From: Candidatus Latescibacterota bacterium
Lineage (GTDB): Bacteria; Latescibacterota; UBA2968; UBA8231
Direction: 5' to 3'
NCBI GenBank assembly: GCA_965206595.1
Contig: OZ242214.1
Span: forward strand, 1-64,000
DNA length: 64,000 nucleotides
In this document: piece by piece, positions 1 through 8,812 of the stretch
Position numbering within the stretch: position 1 is the first letter of the stretch
Layout of the letters: each line of letters begins with the position of its first letter
Made by a program: the position numbers and the translations under genes
Notes under the pieces: generated by a model
The model's input: only the letters and a program-made list of their open reading frames with translations
The model's database searches: none
What the model was told of the DNA's origin: nothing

Positions 1-1826
1 ATAGGCGCTTCCGAGACCCCTTTGCTTAGCCTCAGAGGCTTGCGTCCCTTCTATAGTCGGCTTTTTGGGTAGAGCCGTCTCCTTATCTCTACCGACCTTG
101 TTGAAATTGTACGCGCCTTCTCGAAGACGCTTGCCTTTGCGAGCCCATCATCCCGACCGACCCGGCCTGCGCTTACGCCATCGCCGCGTCCACCGGTTTG
201 AGCGTGGCCAGAAATCTCCACAGACGATCCCAGGCAGCCGCCGTCCCTTGGGTCAGGATGACGCCCACCCTGCGCCCATGCAAGGTGACGCGGGACGGCA
301 GGCGCAGGTAGCGCCGTCGAAAACTGTCCAGGCTCAGGGCCGTCGTCGAGCGTCCGTATGTGCGGGGCCGCCCGCGTCGGGCCTCGGCGCGTTCGGCGGC
401 CTGGCGGCCCAGGTGAAGCAGGTTGTAGGCCAGCAGGTTCAAGGTCAGAAGCGCCTGGTTGGCAGCGAAGGCATCCCGGGACGGGGTGCGCTGACGCGGC
501 TCTCGACCCCGGTAGTGTTGCTTGCGACGGGTGGTAGAGGAGAGCTGAGGCTGGAGGGTGGAGCTCAACTCGCCGAGCATGCGCTCGAAAAGGCCGCGCT
601 GACGATAAAAGGCGACCAGGTCGCGGCCGCTCATCGTCTGGGGACTCTGGTCGGTGATCAGGAAGAAGTGGCGGGCGATGGGCAGCTCTTCCGTCTCGGA
701 AGGGACCAGGACCAACACCACCCGCCGGGGCTGCGCCCAGGACCTGGCTTGATAGCGCAGCTCGCGACAGCGAAAACCCTCTTCCCGCAGCTCTTCCGGG
801 TGCTGCGCCAGCTCCTGCTGATAGCCTTCCACCCAGGCACGAGCCAGCTCCTCCAGGCGCGCATTCTTCTTGATGCGCGCCACGTACGAGGTGTCGGCCC
901 GCGCTTCCAGCTCACTCAGGAAAGACCCGCTCACCGAGGCCGCGTCGAAGCGCAGGATGAGGCGCCGGGCCAGATGCGACTGAATCCAGTCCAAGCGCTT
1001 GCCGAGAGCCTCTGAGGCGCCCTCATGGGCGTGCACGTTGCCCGGCCGCAGCACGGCACCGAAGAAATCGCCCGTCTGCGCCGAGCCGAGGAGCAGGGGA
1101 TGGTACCCCGAGGCGTGGAAGTAGCCGTTGTATTCGACCCCCGCCTGGTGCCCGTGCGCCGGCATCGGCAGGGCATCCATGTCGACGGCCAACTCCTCGT
1201 ATTTCATCCGTCCTTCCAGCAGCCGGCAACGAGACCGGGCGCTGCGCAGGACGGCTTCCTCCAACACCTCGCGGTTATAGGCAGTCGAGGCTTGCTCGAG
1301 CAGGCGCGACAGCGTCGGCTGACTGGCCAGTCCCTGCGGCCGGTCTTCGTCGCCGCTGCGCAACGGCGCCTGCCCTTTGCGATCGCTGACCGCCAGACGC
1401 AGGATCGGATCTTGGCGCAACGCGTCGGCGTCGGCGGCGTGGGTCCAGCCCTGTGCCAGCAGCACGATCTGTGTGCGCAGCAGCTCCGGCAGCGGGTGCG
1501 TGATCTGGTCTTGGGTACGGAGATCCTCGAAGTGGGCGTCGACCCAATCCAGAACCCGGCTGTGTTCGAGCAGTTGACGCAACATCAGCGCACCGGTGTC
1601 GCTGCCAAGGTGGGTGGGGCGGGCTTCGATGTGGATGGAGCGGTTGAAAGACGGCTGAATCGGCCCGGCTTGCTCGGACTCGGTGTGTGACGGTAATTCA
1701 CCCATTGGGTGTCCTACTGTGTGATGGGTTCAAAGGGCGATACTGCCTTGTGTTTCCCTCTGAAATCTAAGCATGGGAGGCACCCAGTACAGCCCTCTCC
1801 ACTAAAATTCCATGAATAACAAGGGG
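1..1826 (-). mobile_element. IS1380-family insertion sequence (left end probably at or just before the window start)
   Basis: Minus-strand end CCCCTTGTTATTCATG at ~1811-1826 resembles IS1380 termini; matching other end not seen inside the window. Confidence 0.6.
173..1705 (-). CDS. IS1380-family DDE transposase
   Basis: 510 aa; 'SDTGALMLR', 'DADALRQDP', 'LASQPTLSRL', 'DMDA...HGHQAGVEYNGYF...YHPL', 'LRPGN', 'YRQRG' match IS1380 transposase motifs. Confidence 0.9.
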   Translation of the reverse strand: MGELPSHTESEQAGPIQPSFNRSIHIEARPTHLGSDTGALMLRQLLEHSRVLDWVDAHFEDLRTQDQITHPLPELLRTQIVLLAQGWTHAADADALRQDPILRLAVSDRKGQAPLRSGDEDRPQGLASQPTLSRLLEQASTAYNREVLEEAVLRSARSRCRLLEGRMKYEELAVDMDALPMPAHGHQAGVEYNGYFHASGYHPLLLGSAQTGDFFGAVLRPGNVHAHEGASEALGKRLDWIQSHLARRLILRFDAASVSGSFLSELEARADTSYVARIKKNARLEELARAWVEGYQQELAQHPEELREEGFRCRELRYQARSWAQPRRVVLVLVPSETEELPIARHFFLITDQSPQTMSGRDLVAFYRQRGLFERMLGELSSTLQPQLSSTTRRKQHYRGREPRQRTPSRDAFAANQALLTLNLLAYNLLHLGRQAAERAEARRGRPRTYGRSTTALSLDSFRRRYLRLPSRVTLHGRRVGVILTQGTAAAWDRLWRFLATLKPVDAAMA

Positions 1827-1908
1827 ATATATGAAGTGGGAATCTGGGCGTACGTGAAGCTGTCTCAAGTCTCAGCATGATGGCTCAAAATTGCTCGGTG
1901 GGGGCTCA

Positions 1909-2460
1909 TCAGCCGGCTCTGATCCTCGGATCTCGGAAACGCGCAATCGCGTGAGGGCCGTAGGTCCCTAAGGAAATCGTCCCAGTGAGGTCGTCATTCA
2001 CATTGACATCGCTCACGGGCTGTCTGTCGACAAAGTTTTTGACTGTTGTCCCCTCGACAGTAAGGAGCAGGTCATACTCTCGCCCCCACTCGATCTCCAT
2101 GTCGAGAAGCTGGAGCACCTTGGTGCTGCCATCCTTGTCTCGTTCGTAGCTGCTTATCGCCATCTTCTGCATTCCGTTGAGCCAATCGAGCATATGGGCT
2201 GTCGGGCGCTCCGCAGTTATTCCGAAATCAATCTGCAAGTTGGCCCCGTGAACGAGCGTAGCCTGGACACTTAGCTCGAAGCTGGACCAATTGCCCTTCT
2301 GATAGGTCAGTGCGTTACACTCGTTTCGGCCAGCCGCATCGATGACCAAGGCATCGCCATCACGAGACCAAACTCTCGGATCATCGGGTTCCCACCCTAC
2401 AAGATCATCGCCATGGAGTAGGGATTTCCAATCACCGTCGCTTGTGCCAGCTGATTCCAT
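1909..2460 (-). CDS. DUF1080 (3-keto-disaccharide hydrolase-like) protein; integron cassette 4
   Basis: 'WKSLLHGDDLVGW', 'GTISLG...RFRDPRIR'; GGAGG RBS before ATG 2460. Confidence 0.7.
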   Translation of the reverse strand: MESAGTSDGDWKSLLHGDDLVGWEPDDPRVWSRDGDALVIDAAGRNECNALTYQKGNWSSFELSVQATLVHGANLQIDFGITAERPTAHMLDWLNGMQKMAISSYERDKDGSTKVLQLLDMEIEWGREYDLLLTVEGTTVKNFVDRQPVSDVNVNDDLTGTISLGTYGPHAIARFRDPRIRAG

Positions 2461-2576
2461 CAACTCTCCTCCTTGCTTGACGCAACGATTGCGCATCACT
2501 TTGCGGCTCTCCTGGGGCGCAGCAACGACGTTCTACGGTTGTAGAGCCGCGTGGATCTGGTCTTCTGTCCCATTTC

Positions 2577-2658
2577 ATATATCGTTTTCGTGCCCCCGAA
2601 CCGCGCAGCGGTTGGGCGAAGGGCCGAACGGCCCGAAGCCGGGGGCACGGTGTTAGGT
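2577..2658 (-). other. attC site 1
   Basis: Minus strand: R'' ACCTAAC, imperfect palindrome (cgtgccccc...gggggcacg), R' GATATAT (non-canonical). Confidence 0.75.
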
Positions 2659-2677
2659 GCTGTCTACCAGATCGTCC

Positions 2678-3655
2678 CTATCGTAGCCATGTCCACGCGG
2701 CCTTAGTTGCTGGATAGACAAGCTCTTCTCTCAAGTGCAGTTTCTTGATTTCTGGAGTCTCAATGGCGTTACGAACACTCTGGGCATATCGAAGCAGTTC
2801 ATTGTCTGGATAGGCCAATCTTCTAGTGGCTGCTTGGACCGCTGGTGAAAAGCCAAGCTGCTGAAGCATCTCCATATAGATCATCTCTATGCGCTCAACG
2901 AGTTTTCGTCTGCCTTCCACCTTCTCGAACCCCTCCTCAAGCAAAGGAGAAACTTCGTCGGCAATGGCACCCAACTTCCTGAACTCTCTCCACAACCATT
3001 TGTGGTAGGGTGCATGACGATGACTCATCAGAAAACCAACCTTCATTGCGTACTCAGCAAATCTTGCCCAATAGCAAGACGCACTCACGTGGTCTCCTCG
3101 AGTTTCCGCCCTGAAGAGATGCTTTCGTCCCCACTCCCAGAGCCAGGAAAGGCAAGCCCCCATTCGCTGCTGCCAGACATCATCAGGGTATTTGGAGAAC
3201 GCTCGGAAGCGAGCACTGACAATGCCAGGCCCATCGTGATAGAGCCTGCTCGGGGTCAACTCGAATAGGTACGACTCGGGTATTCGCAACCAGTCCATGG
3301 GCGACTCGGGTGGTTCTGAGAATCCAACTGCAGATTCTATATAGTTACCGATTTCGATTACACCACAGGTCCTCGCCCGTGGATCCTCCCATCGAAATCC
3401 CTCATACTCATTGGGCAGCGTGTCCAGCACTTCCTGTAGACGCTCACTGTGATCATCGAAATCGTCTTTGGCAAACCACACCGTGAATCTCGGCCCCCAA
3501 CCGTGATCGCGAGACACTGCATCGTCGTTCTTGTGCGCTTGCGAGCCTCCACTAACGCCCACTGCCAGTCTCAGGACACACCCGGGCAATCGTTGCTCAA
3601 TGGTGGGAAGCCCAATCTCCCGGAAGAACCTCTCTGACAATTCGAATCCATTCAC
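2678..3655 (-). CDS. DUF4037 domain protein; integron cassette 3
   Basis: 'GFELSERFF...GGSQ...DDAVSRDHGWGPRF', 'PYHKWL'; cassette bounded by GTTAGGTG and CACCTAAC (perfect complements). Confidence 0.8.
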   Translation of the reverse strand: MNGFELSERFFREIGLPTIEQRLPGCVLRLAVGVSGGSQAHKNDDAVSRDHGWGPRFTVWFAKDDFDDHSERLQEVLDTLPNEYEGFRWEDPRARTCGVIEIGNYIESAVGFSEPPESPMDWLRIPESYLFELTPSRLYHDGPGIVSARFRAFSKYPDDVWQQRMGACLSWLWEWGRKHLFRAETRGDHVSASCYWARFAEYAMKVGFLMSHRHAPYHKWLWREFRKLGAIADEVSPLLEEGFEKVEGRRKLVERIEMIYMEMLQQLGFSPAVQAATRRLAYPDNELLRYAQSVRNAIETPEIKKLHLREELVYPATKAAWTWLR

Positions 3656-3686
3656 GAGTCCTCCACAGTGGAATCTTTCAGATGGC

Positions 3687-3776
3687 ACCTAACGTTGTGC
3701 GGGTTGATGAACTCCGAAGGGGTTGCCTGTTAGGGCCAAGCGGCGAAGGCCGCGCAGCATTAACCCGCTGTTAAGC
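3687..3776 (-). other. attC site 2
   Basis: Minus strand R'' GCTTAAC ... R' GTTAGGT with inner palindrome (gcgggtt...aacccgc). Confidence 0.85.
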
Positions 3777-3787
3777 GATGGCCACTA

Positions 3788-4153
3788 TCAAAGATCTTCG
3801 ATGACGTCTGGCTCGGGCATCTGCGCAAATTGGACAGCCTTGATCGTCGTAGTCCCTTCGAGCAAGGCTCGAGCCAGACGGTGACCGCCGTCCATCAGGC
3901 GGCCGTTCTCGTTTATGATAACGGGGAATTCGGTGTTGACCTCGTTGATCCGTTTGCAGTGAGCGGCCACTTCTCGGATGGTCGGCGTACGGCCCGTGCC
4001 AAACCAGCAGTCCCAGTCCAGTTCCTGAAAACGCTCCACCTCGACTTCAAATTCAGGTAGTTCCTGGGCTAGCTTCCATAGCCGATCCGTGTACCGGATG
4101 TACCTCTTACCCTTGATTTCCGTCGAGTGGGTTTGTCGTCTACGCCGCTGCAA
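3788..4153 (-). CDS. ParB/Srx-like N-terminal domain protein; integron cassette 2
   Basis: 'FPVIINENGRLMDGGHRLARA' (DGxHR motif); bounded by GTTAGGCGA / TCGCTTAAC. Confidence 0.7.
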   Translation of the reverse strand: MQRRRRQTHSTEIKGKRYIRYTDRLWKLAQELPEFEVEVERFQELDWDCWFGTGRTPTIREVAAHCKRINEVNTEFPVIINENGRLMDGGHRLARALLEGTTTIKAVQFAQMPEPDVIEDL

Positions 4154-4175
4154 TGCTTCTCTCCTTTTGGCTTTC

Positions 4176-4262
4176 GCCTAACGTTCAGCCGTGTGCGAAC
4201 TTGCGAAGCAAGTTGGGGCGGAAGGCGCGCAGCGACTGGAGCCGCACACGGACGTGTTAAGC
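4176..4262 (-). other. attC site 3
   Basis: Minus strand R'' GCTTAAC (overlaps GNAT stop) ... R' GTTAGGC, inner palindrome (cgtgtgcg...cgcacacg). Confidence 0.85.
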
Positions 4263-4491
4263 GTTGGTCCGTCTTCGGGGTGGGGTGCTTCTGAGTTGTT
4301 TCCTGTTTTCCCATTCGGATCTTAGAATTCCGCACCAGGCTTCATCCACGAGTTCGCCTCGAAATACCTTGTGCTGCCGAAAAACTCCTTCTTCAACCAT
4401 TCCAATCTTCTCCATAACCCGGAGCGATGCCGGGTTTCGTGGATCGGCCGCGGCTCGAACCTTGTTGAGATCCGGGTATGCTGTGAATGCG

Positions 4492-5955
4492 GGCTATATC
4501 CGGGTTTTTCAAAGGACATTTTATAGCATGTACAGAGAGAGATATTGAGTGATTCACACGGTACGGAATCGGGCCGGAATCTGCGCAGGGATATCGAGGT
4601 CTCCGACGCACAGGTAAATGAGGTCGGCAAAGGCATCCAGAGATTTAAATCCACTGGCTCGATTCTTGACCATGCGGATGATTCGATTGAGCCCTTCGGC
4701 GGCGGCGTTGGTCAGGTGCGTGTCGACGAAGGCCGTGATGCCGGCCGCATGCTTGCGCACCGTGTTGACGAACCTGCGCAGGGGCTCCAGGCGGCTGCGC
4801 AGGGCCGCCGTCGTCCACTTCTTGAGGAAGCGTTCGGCGGCCCAGCGCGCCTTGTAGCGCCAGAAGTGCTCGAACTCGTCCTTCAGGCGCCAGGCGCGGT
4901 AGATGCGGCGGTTGGCCTTCTCCAGGGTTTGGAGCGTGCGCCGGTCCTTTGGCGAGCGCCGGGCGGAGTGATGCAGCAGCACCCAGCGCAGGCCCTTGAG
5001 CAGCTTGCGGTCCTCGCCGCAGGCTTGCCGCCACTGTTCCTTGCGCACCTCGTCGACGGCTTCGTTGAGGGCCTTGACGACGTGGAATCGGTCCAGGACG
5101 AGCTGGGCGTTGGGGCCGTGCTGGCGGATGGCGCCGATGAAGGTCTCGCTCATATCGCAGCAGGCCCAGCGGATACGGGCCTTCCGGAAGGCGCTGAGAT
5201 GGTCCCGGAAGAACGTATCGATCGTTTCGCGGGCCTTGCCCTTGCCGATCCAGACGACACAGGAGCGCTCCAGGTCGTAGACCAGGGTGGCGTATTTATG
5301 GCCCTTGGCGTAGGAGATCTCGTCGATGCCGAGGGTCGTCAGCGCGCGGATGCGATGGCCTGTACGCCGGCGCTCGATGAGCCGGTGCACCTGGTCGGAC
5401 AGGGTCGAAGGAGCCAGGCCCAGCAAGCGCGCGGCGGTGACCTGCGGCATCCACTGGCAGTAGGTCAGCAGCAGGTATTCGAAGCGGTAGCTGACCCGGG
5501 CCGAGGGCGCTGCCCAGGGCACCTCCTCGACGTGCCGGCCGTGGGTCGGACAGCGGATCTCTCGAGGGCGGTGGTACAACCAGACGGTACGGCCGCAAAT
5601 GCGGACGTCGCGCCAGCGGCGGGGCTCCATGACCTGTACGATCTTGCCCCGGCGCCCACACTCGGGACACCGGCACCCGTTCCTTTGGGGCTTCACCGCG
5701 ACCACGACGGCCGCTTCCTCCCCGTGTCCTTCGAACCACACGCCCACAGCGCCAAACCCCTTGAACTTGAACAGCTTGGAGACGAACTTCATAGCGGTCA
5801 TAGGTCGCCTTCCCTTCCCTTTCCTGGGGAGTGCTTGATGGGGATACACCAAGCATAGGGAACGACCTATGGCCTTGTCATGTACTCAGATGAACAGCAA
5901 GGGCTCAGGTACTTTCCGTACTTACGTTTCGGCGTTGAAAAACCCGGATAGACCC
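4492..5955 (-). mobile_element. ISL3-family insertion sequence
   Basis: Inverted repeats GGCTATATCCGGGTTTTTCAA / GGGTCTATCCGGGTTTTTCAA; 8-bp target duplication TGAATGCG at 4484-4491 and 5956-5963. Confidence 0.92.
4554..5852 (-). CDS. ISL3-family transposase
   Basis: Zn finger 'CPECG', 'LGIDEIS', 'CDMS', 'LDRFHVV', 'TNAAAEGLN'. Confidence 0.93.
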   Translation of the reverse strand: MVYPHQALPRKGKGRRPMTAMKFVSKLFKFKGFGAVGVWFEGHGEEAAVVVAVKPQRNGCRCPECGRRGKIVQVMEPRRWRDVRICGRTVWLYHRPREIRCPTHGRHVEEVPWAAPSARVSYRFEYLLLTYCQWMPQVTAARLLGLAPSTLSDQVHRLIERRRTGHRIRALTTLGIDEISYAKGHKYATLVYDLERSCVVWIGKGKARETIDTFFRDHLSAFRKARIRWACCDMSETFIGAIRQHGPNAQLVLDRFHVVKALNEAVDEVRKEQWRQACGEDRKLLKGLRWVLLHHSARRSPKDRRTLQTLEKANRRIYRAWRLKDEFEHFWRYKARWAAERFLKKWTTAALRSRLEPLRRFVNTVRKHAAGITAFVDTHLTNAAAEGLNRIIRMVKNRASGFKSLDAFADLIYLCVGDLDIPAQIPARFRTV

Positions 5956-6462
5956 TGAATGCGGCGTCAAGAACAGCTTGGGCAGCTTCGGTTGTCAGAC
6001 CCTTACCCCAATGGGTCCGTGAGATTCCATAGCCCATTGTTCCTAACCGATTCTCGAAGTCAAAGCCTAGATTGATTCCTCCAATCACACTCTTTGAATG
6101 CTCAATGGCCCAGGCTTGATGTCTTTCCGGGTTAAGTAGCACCTGATTCGCGATAAACTTCTCTGCATCCTTCCTGGTATATGGTACAGGGACTGGTAGA
6201 AACCTTCCCCATTCAGGATCGGTTGCATAGCCCATTACATCCTCAACATCACCCAGTCTAAATGGCCTGAGTTTTAGTCGCTTAGTTTCTATCACTTCGG
6301 GTAGCATTTGATCTTGTCTTTGAGAGGGGAGAAGACGGACTTGCGCTTAACTGATTGCATCCGAACAAATGGTTCGGATAATGGCCGCCGGGGGGTTACT
6401 TATCCGGCGCGACGGTACGTATCGGGGTGAACAGTCGCAATCGGACACGCCCACCGACACCC

Positions 6463-7545
6463 CTACTCCCGCACCGGCTCGGCCTTCCCCGATGCGGCGG
6501 AACGGTACGCGGCGTCGAGCATCTCGGCTCCTCTCATCGCCGCTTCCCCGGGAGCCGAGTTGACCTCCGTCTTCCCGAGCATCAGCTCGACGAAGTTCGT
6601 CGCCGGCCCGTCGCACTCGTAGAAGCCGGCGTCCTCGGCGACGTCGGCGACCTCGTGGCGGCCGTCGTGGCGGCGCAGGTGCATGCGCGCCCGTTCGCAG
6701 TCGAGAAGCAGCATTCCCTCGGTGCCGAAGAACCGCAGGTCGACCTGGAAGGTCTGGTCCATCGGCACGGTGCCGGCGCCGCTCATCGAACCGATCCCCC
6801 CGTTGGTGAAGGTGACGGCGAGGGCGTCGTACATCTCCACCGCCGACTCGGAGGAGGACATGACGCTGTAGACGGTTCGGGCCTGGAGGCCGCTGAGCCA
6901 GAAGAGCATTCCGGTGGAGTGCGACATCTGCGCCAGGGCGTAGCCGCCGCCGGCTATCTTCGGGTCCGCCCAGGTCGAGGGGGCCGGGTCGAACATGTTG
7001 CCGCCGGACTGGCCGCTGACCTCGTCAATCCTGAACTCCTCGCCGCGCAGCAACGGGCGGATCGGCGAGGCCATGTGGCAGAGGACGAACTCGATCTCGC
7101 CGACGGCCCCGTCGTCGAGGAGGGCCTTTGCTCGCTGCACGAAGCTCTTGTAGTGCCACCCGTACGGGACCAGCAGGTGCAGTCCGTTGCGGTCGGCGAT
7201 CTCCACCAGCCTGCGGGCGTGGGCCCCTCTGGTGGTGATCGGTTTCTCGCACAGTACGTGCAGCCCCTTTTCGAGGGCGGCGCCGGCGTGCTCGAAGTGC
7301 AGGGTGTGGGGGGAAGCGACGACCACGCCGTCGAGCTCGCACTGCTCGAGCAGCTCGTGGTAATCCTCGGTGGCGTAGGGAAAGCCGAAGCGGTCCTGAA
7401 TCTGCTTCAGCTCCGGCCTGCCGAGGCGGCAGACGCCGGCCAGCTCGACGTCGTCGCGCGCCGCCAGCACCGGCATGTGGTTGCTGGTCGCCCACCACCC
7501 GGCACCTATGAATCCGATTCTCGCTTTTCTGTCCGATCTGCTCAC
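6463..7545 (-). CDS. Gfo/Idh/MocA oxidoreductase
   Basis: 'IGFIGAGWWA', 'VASPHTLH', 'HVLCEKP'. Confidence 0.9.
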   Translation of the reverse strand: MSRSDRKARIGFIGAGWWATSNHMPVLAARDDVELAGVCRLGRPELKQIQDRFGFPYATEDYHELLEQCELDGVVVASPHTLHFEHAGAALEKGLHVLCEKPITTRGAHARRLVEIADRNGLHLLVPYGWHYKSFVQRAKALLDDGAVGEIEFVLCHMASPIRPLLRGEEFRIDEVSGQSGGNMFDPAPSTWADPKIAGGGYALAQMSHSTGMLFWLSGLQARTVYSVMSSSESAVEMYDALAVTFTNGGIGSMSGAGTVPMDQTFQVDLRFFGTEGMLLLDCERARMHLRRHDGRHEVADVAEDAGFYECDGPATNFVELMLGKTEVNSAPGEAAMRGAEMLDAAYRSAASGKAEPVRE

Positions 7546-7685
7546 GGGGTCCGCCTCCTGTGCATATTTGGTGTTGGCGCTCGATCAACGCCACCCGACA
7601 AACACCTGTCAAGTTTTTCTGCTATACTTGCAGTCGCTTGGACAACCATCGATCCGCAACCCATAAAGAGGAGTGAACCGACAGC

Positions 7686-8639
7686 ATGGCCGCTACCGAA
7701 AACGCCCTGACAGACCCCTTCGCCCTGAACGGGGACGGCTGTTTCTGGATGAAGGGAAACCTGCACAGCCACACGACCAACTCCGACGGCCGCGTCTCCC
7801 CGCAGGAGCGCCTCGACGGGTACGTCGACCAGGGGTACGACTTTCTGTGCCTGTCCGACCACAACAACATCACCCGCGTCGACAGCGTCGGCGCCCCGGA
7901 GGATTTCGTCCTGATCCAGGGGGCGGAGCTGCACCCATCCAACCCCTTCGGCGGACAGGTGCACCACTTCGTCTGCCTCAACATCCACGAGGACATGGAC
8001 GCCCGGCGCATGCCGCCGCAGATGGTGATCGACGAGGTCCGCGAGCAGGGGGGCTGCGTCTGGCTCGCCCACCCGCACTGGAGCTCGATCAACATTTTCC
8101 GCGATACCCTGCCCCTGAACGGATTTGCCGGCATCGAGGTCTTCAACACCACCTGCTGCCGGGCGGGACGCGGCGAAAGCTCCGTGCACTGGGACGACTG
8201 GATGAGCCTCGAGGACCGGCTCTACCCGGCCCTCGCCAACGACGATTCCCACGCGCAGGAGTCGGAGCGCCGCGACACCTACGAAGGCTGGACGATGGTG
8301 CGCGTGAAGGAACGGACCGTCGAGGCGGTGCTCGAAGCCCTGACCAGCGGCTGCTCCTACTCGACGACCGGGCCGGAGATCCGCGACATCTCGCTGCGGC
8401 GGGTCCCGGCCGGGGACGGTGAGGAAGCCGGCAAGGTGGAGGCGACGGTGCGCTGCTCCGAGGCGCAGGCGGTGCGCGCCGTCAACGACGCCTACGGAAC
8501 CGAGTACCGCGAGCACGGGTCGAGCTTCGAGGAGGCGACCTTCCTGCTGCGGCCCGGGTCGCGCTGGGTCCGCTTCGAGATCATCGGCCCGGACGGCCTC
8601 AAGGCCTGGTCGAATCCCCGCGACTTGAGCGAGGTGTAG
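7686..8639 (+). CDS. PHP-domain metallohydrolase (CehA/McbA-like)
   Basis: 'KGNLHSHTTNSDG', 'SDHN', 'LAHPHW', 'NDDSH'. Confidence 0.85.
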   Translation: MAATENALTDPFALNGDGCFWMKGNLHSHTTNSDGRVSPQERLDGYVDQGYDFLCLSDHNNITRVDSVGAPEDFVLIQGAELHPSNPFGGQVHHFVCLNIHEDMDARRMPPQMVIDEVREQGGCVWLAHPHWSSINIFRDTLPLNGFAGIEVFNTTCCRAGRGESSVHWDDWMSLEDRLYPALANDDSHAQESERRDTYEGWTMVRVKERTVEAVLEALTSGCSYSTTGPEIRDISLRRVPAGDGEEAGKVEATVRCSEAQAVRAVNDAYGTEYREHGSSFEEATFLLRPGSRWVRFEIIGPDGLKAWSNPRDLSEV

Positions 8640-8812
8640 GGTCGGGGCCTCCCGGCCCGTCGGAAGATCCGGAATTCTCGTGAACGCTCCCTTCGGCAGC
8701 GCCGGACGACCCACGGCTTACGACGCCGCCCTGCCGGCGTCCCGGCGAAGAAAGGTGGCGCCGCCACGGTGATTTCCGGCGCCCTGCCGGCCCCTTCGCC
8801 ACGAAAGGTGAT

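Larger units (their letters stand above)
4257..6307 (-). pseudogene. RimJ/RimL-type GNAT acetyltransferase (cassette 1) interrupted by ISL3
   Basis: N-part 5956-6307 'IETKRLKLRPF...WGKGLTTEA'; C-part 4257-4491 translated by hand 'AFTAYPDLNKVRAAADPRNPASLRVMEKIGMVEEG'; cassette core GTTAAGCG at 6344-6351 complements CGCTTAAC at 4256-4263. Confidence 0.85.

Noticed and set aside
6352-6410. Palindrome ATCCGAAC...GTTCGGAT upstream of the first cassette as attI or attC
   Set aside because: No proper R''/L boxes; could be a terminator or remnant, so not called
8640-8810. GC-rich intergenic segments (also 14130-14290, 27290-27550, 28960-29130) as a MITE/REP family
   Set aside because: Could not establish convincing mutual similarity or terminal repeats by eye
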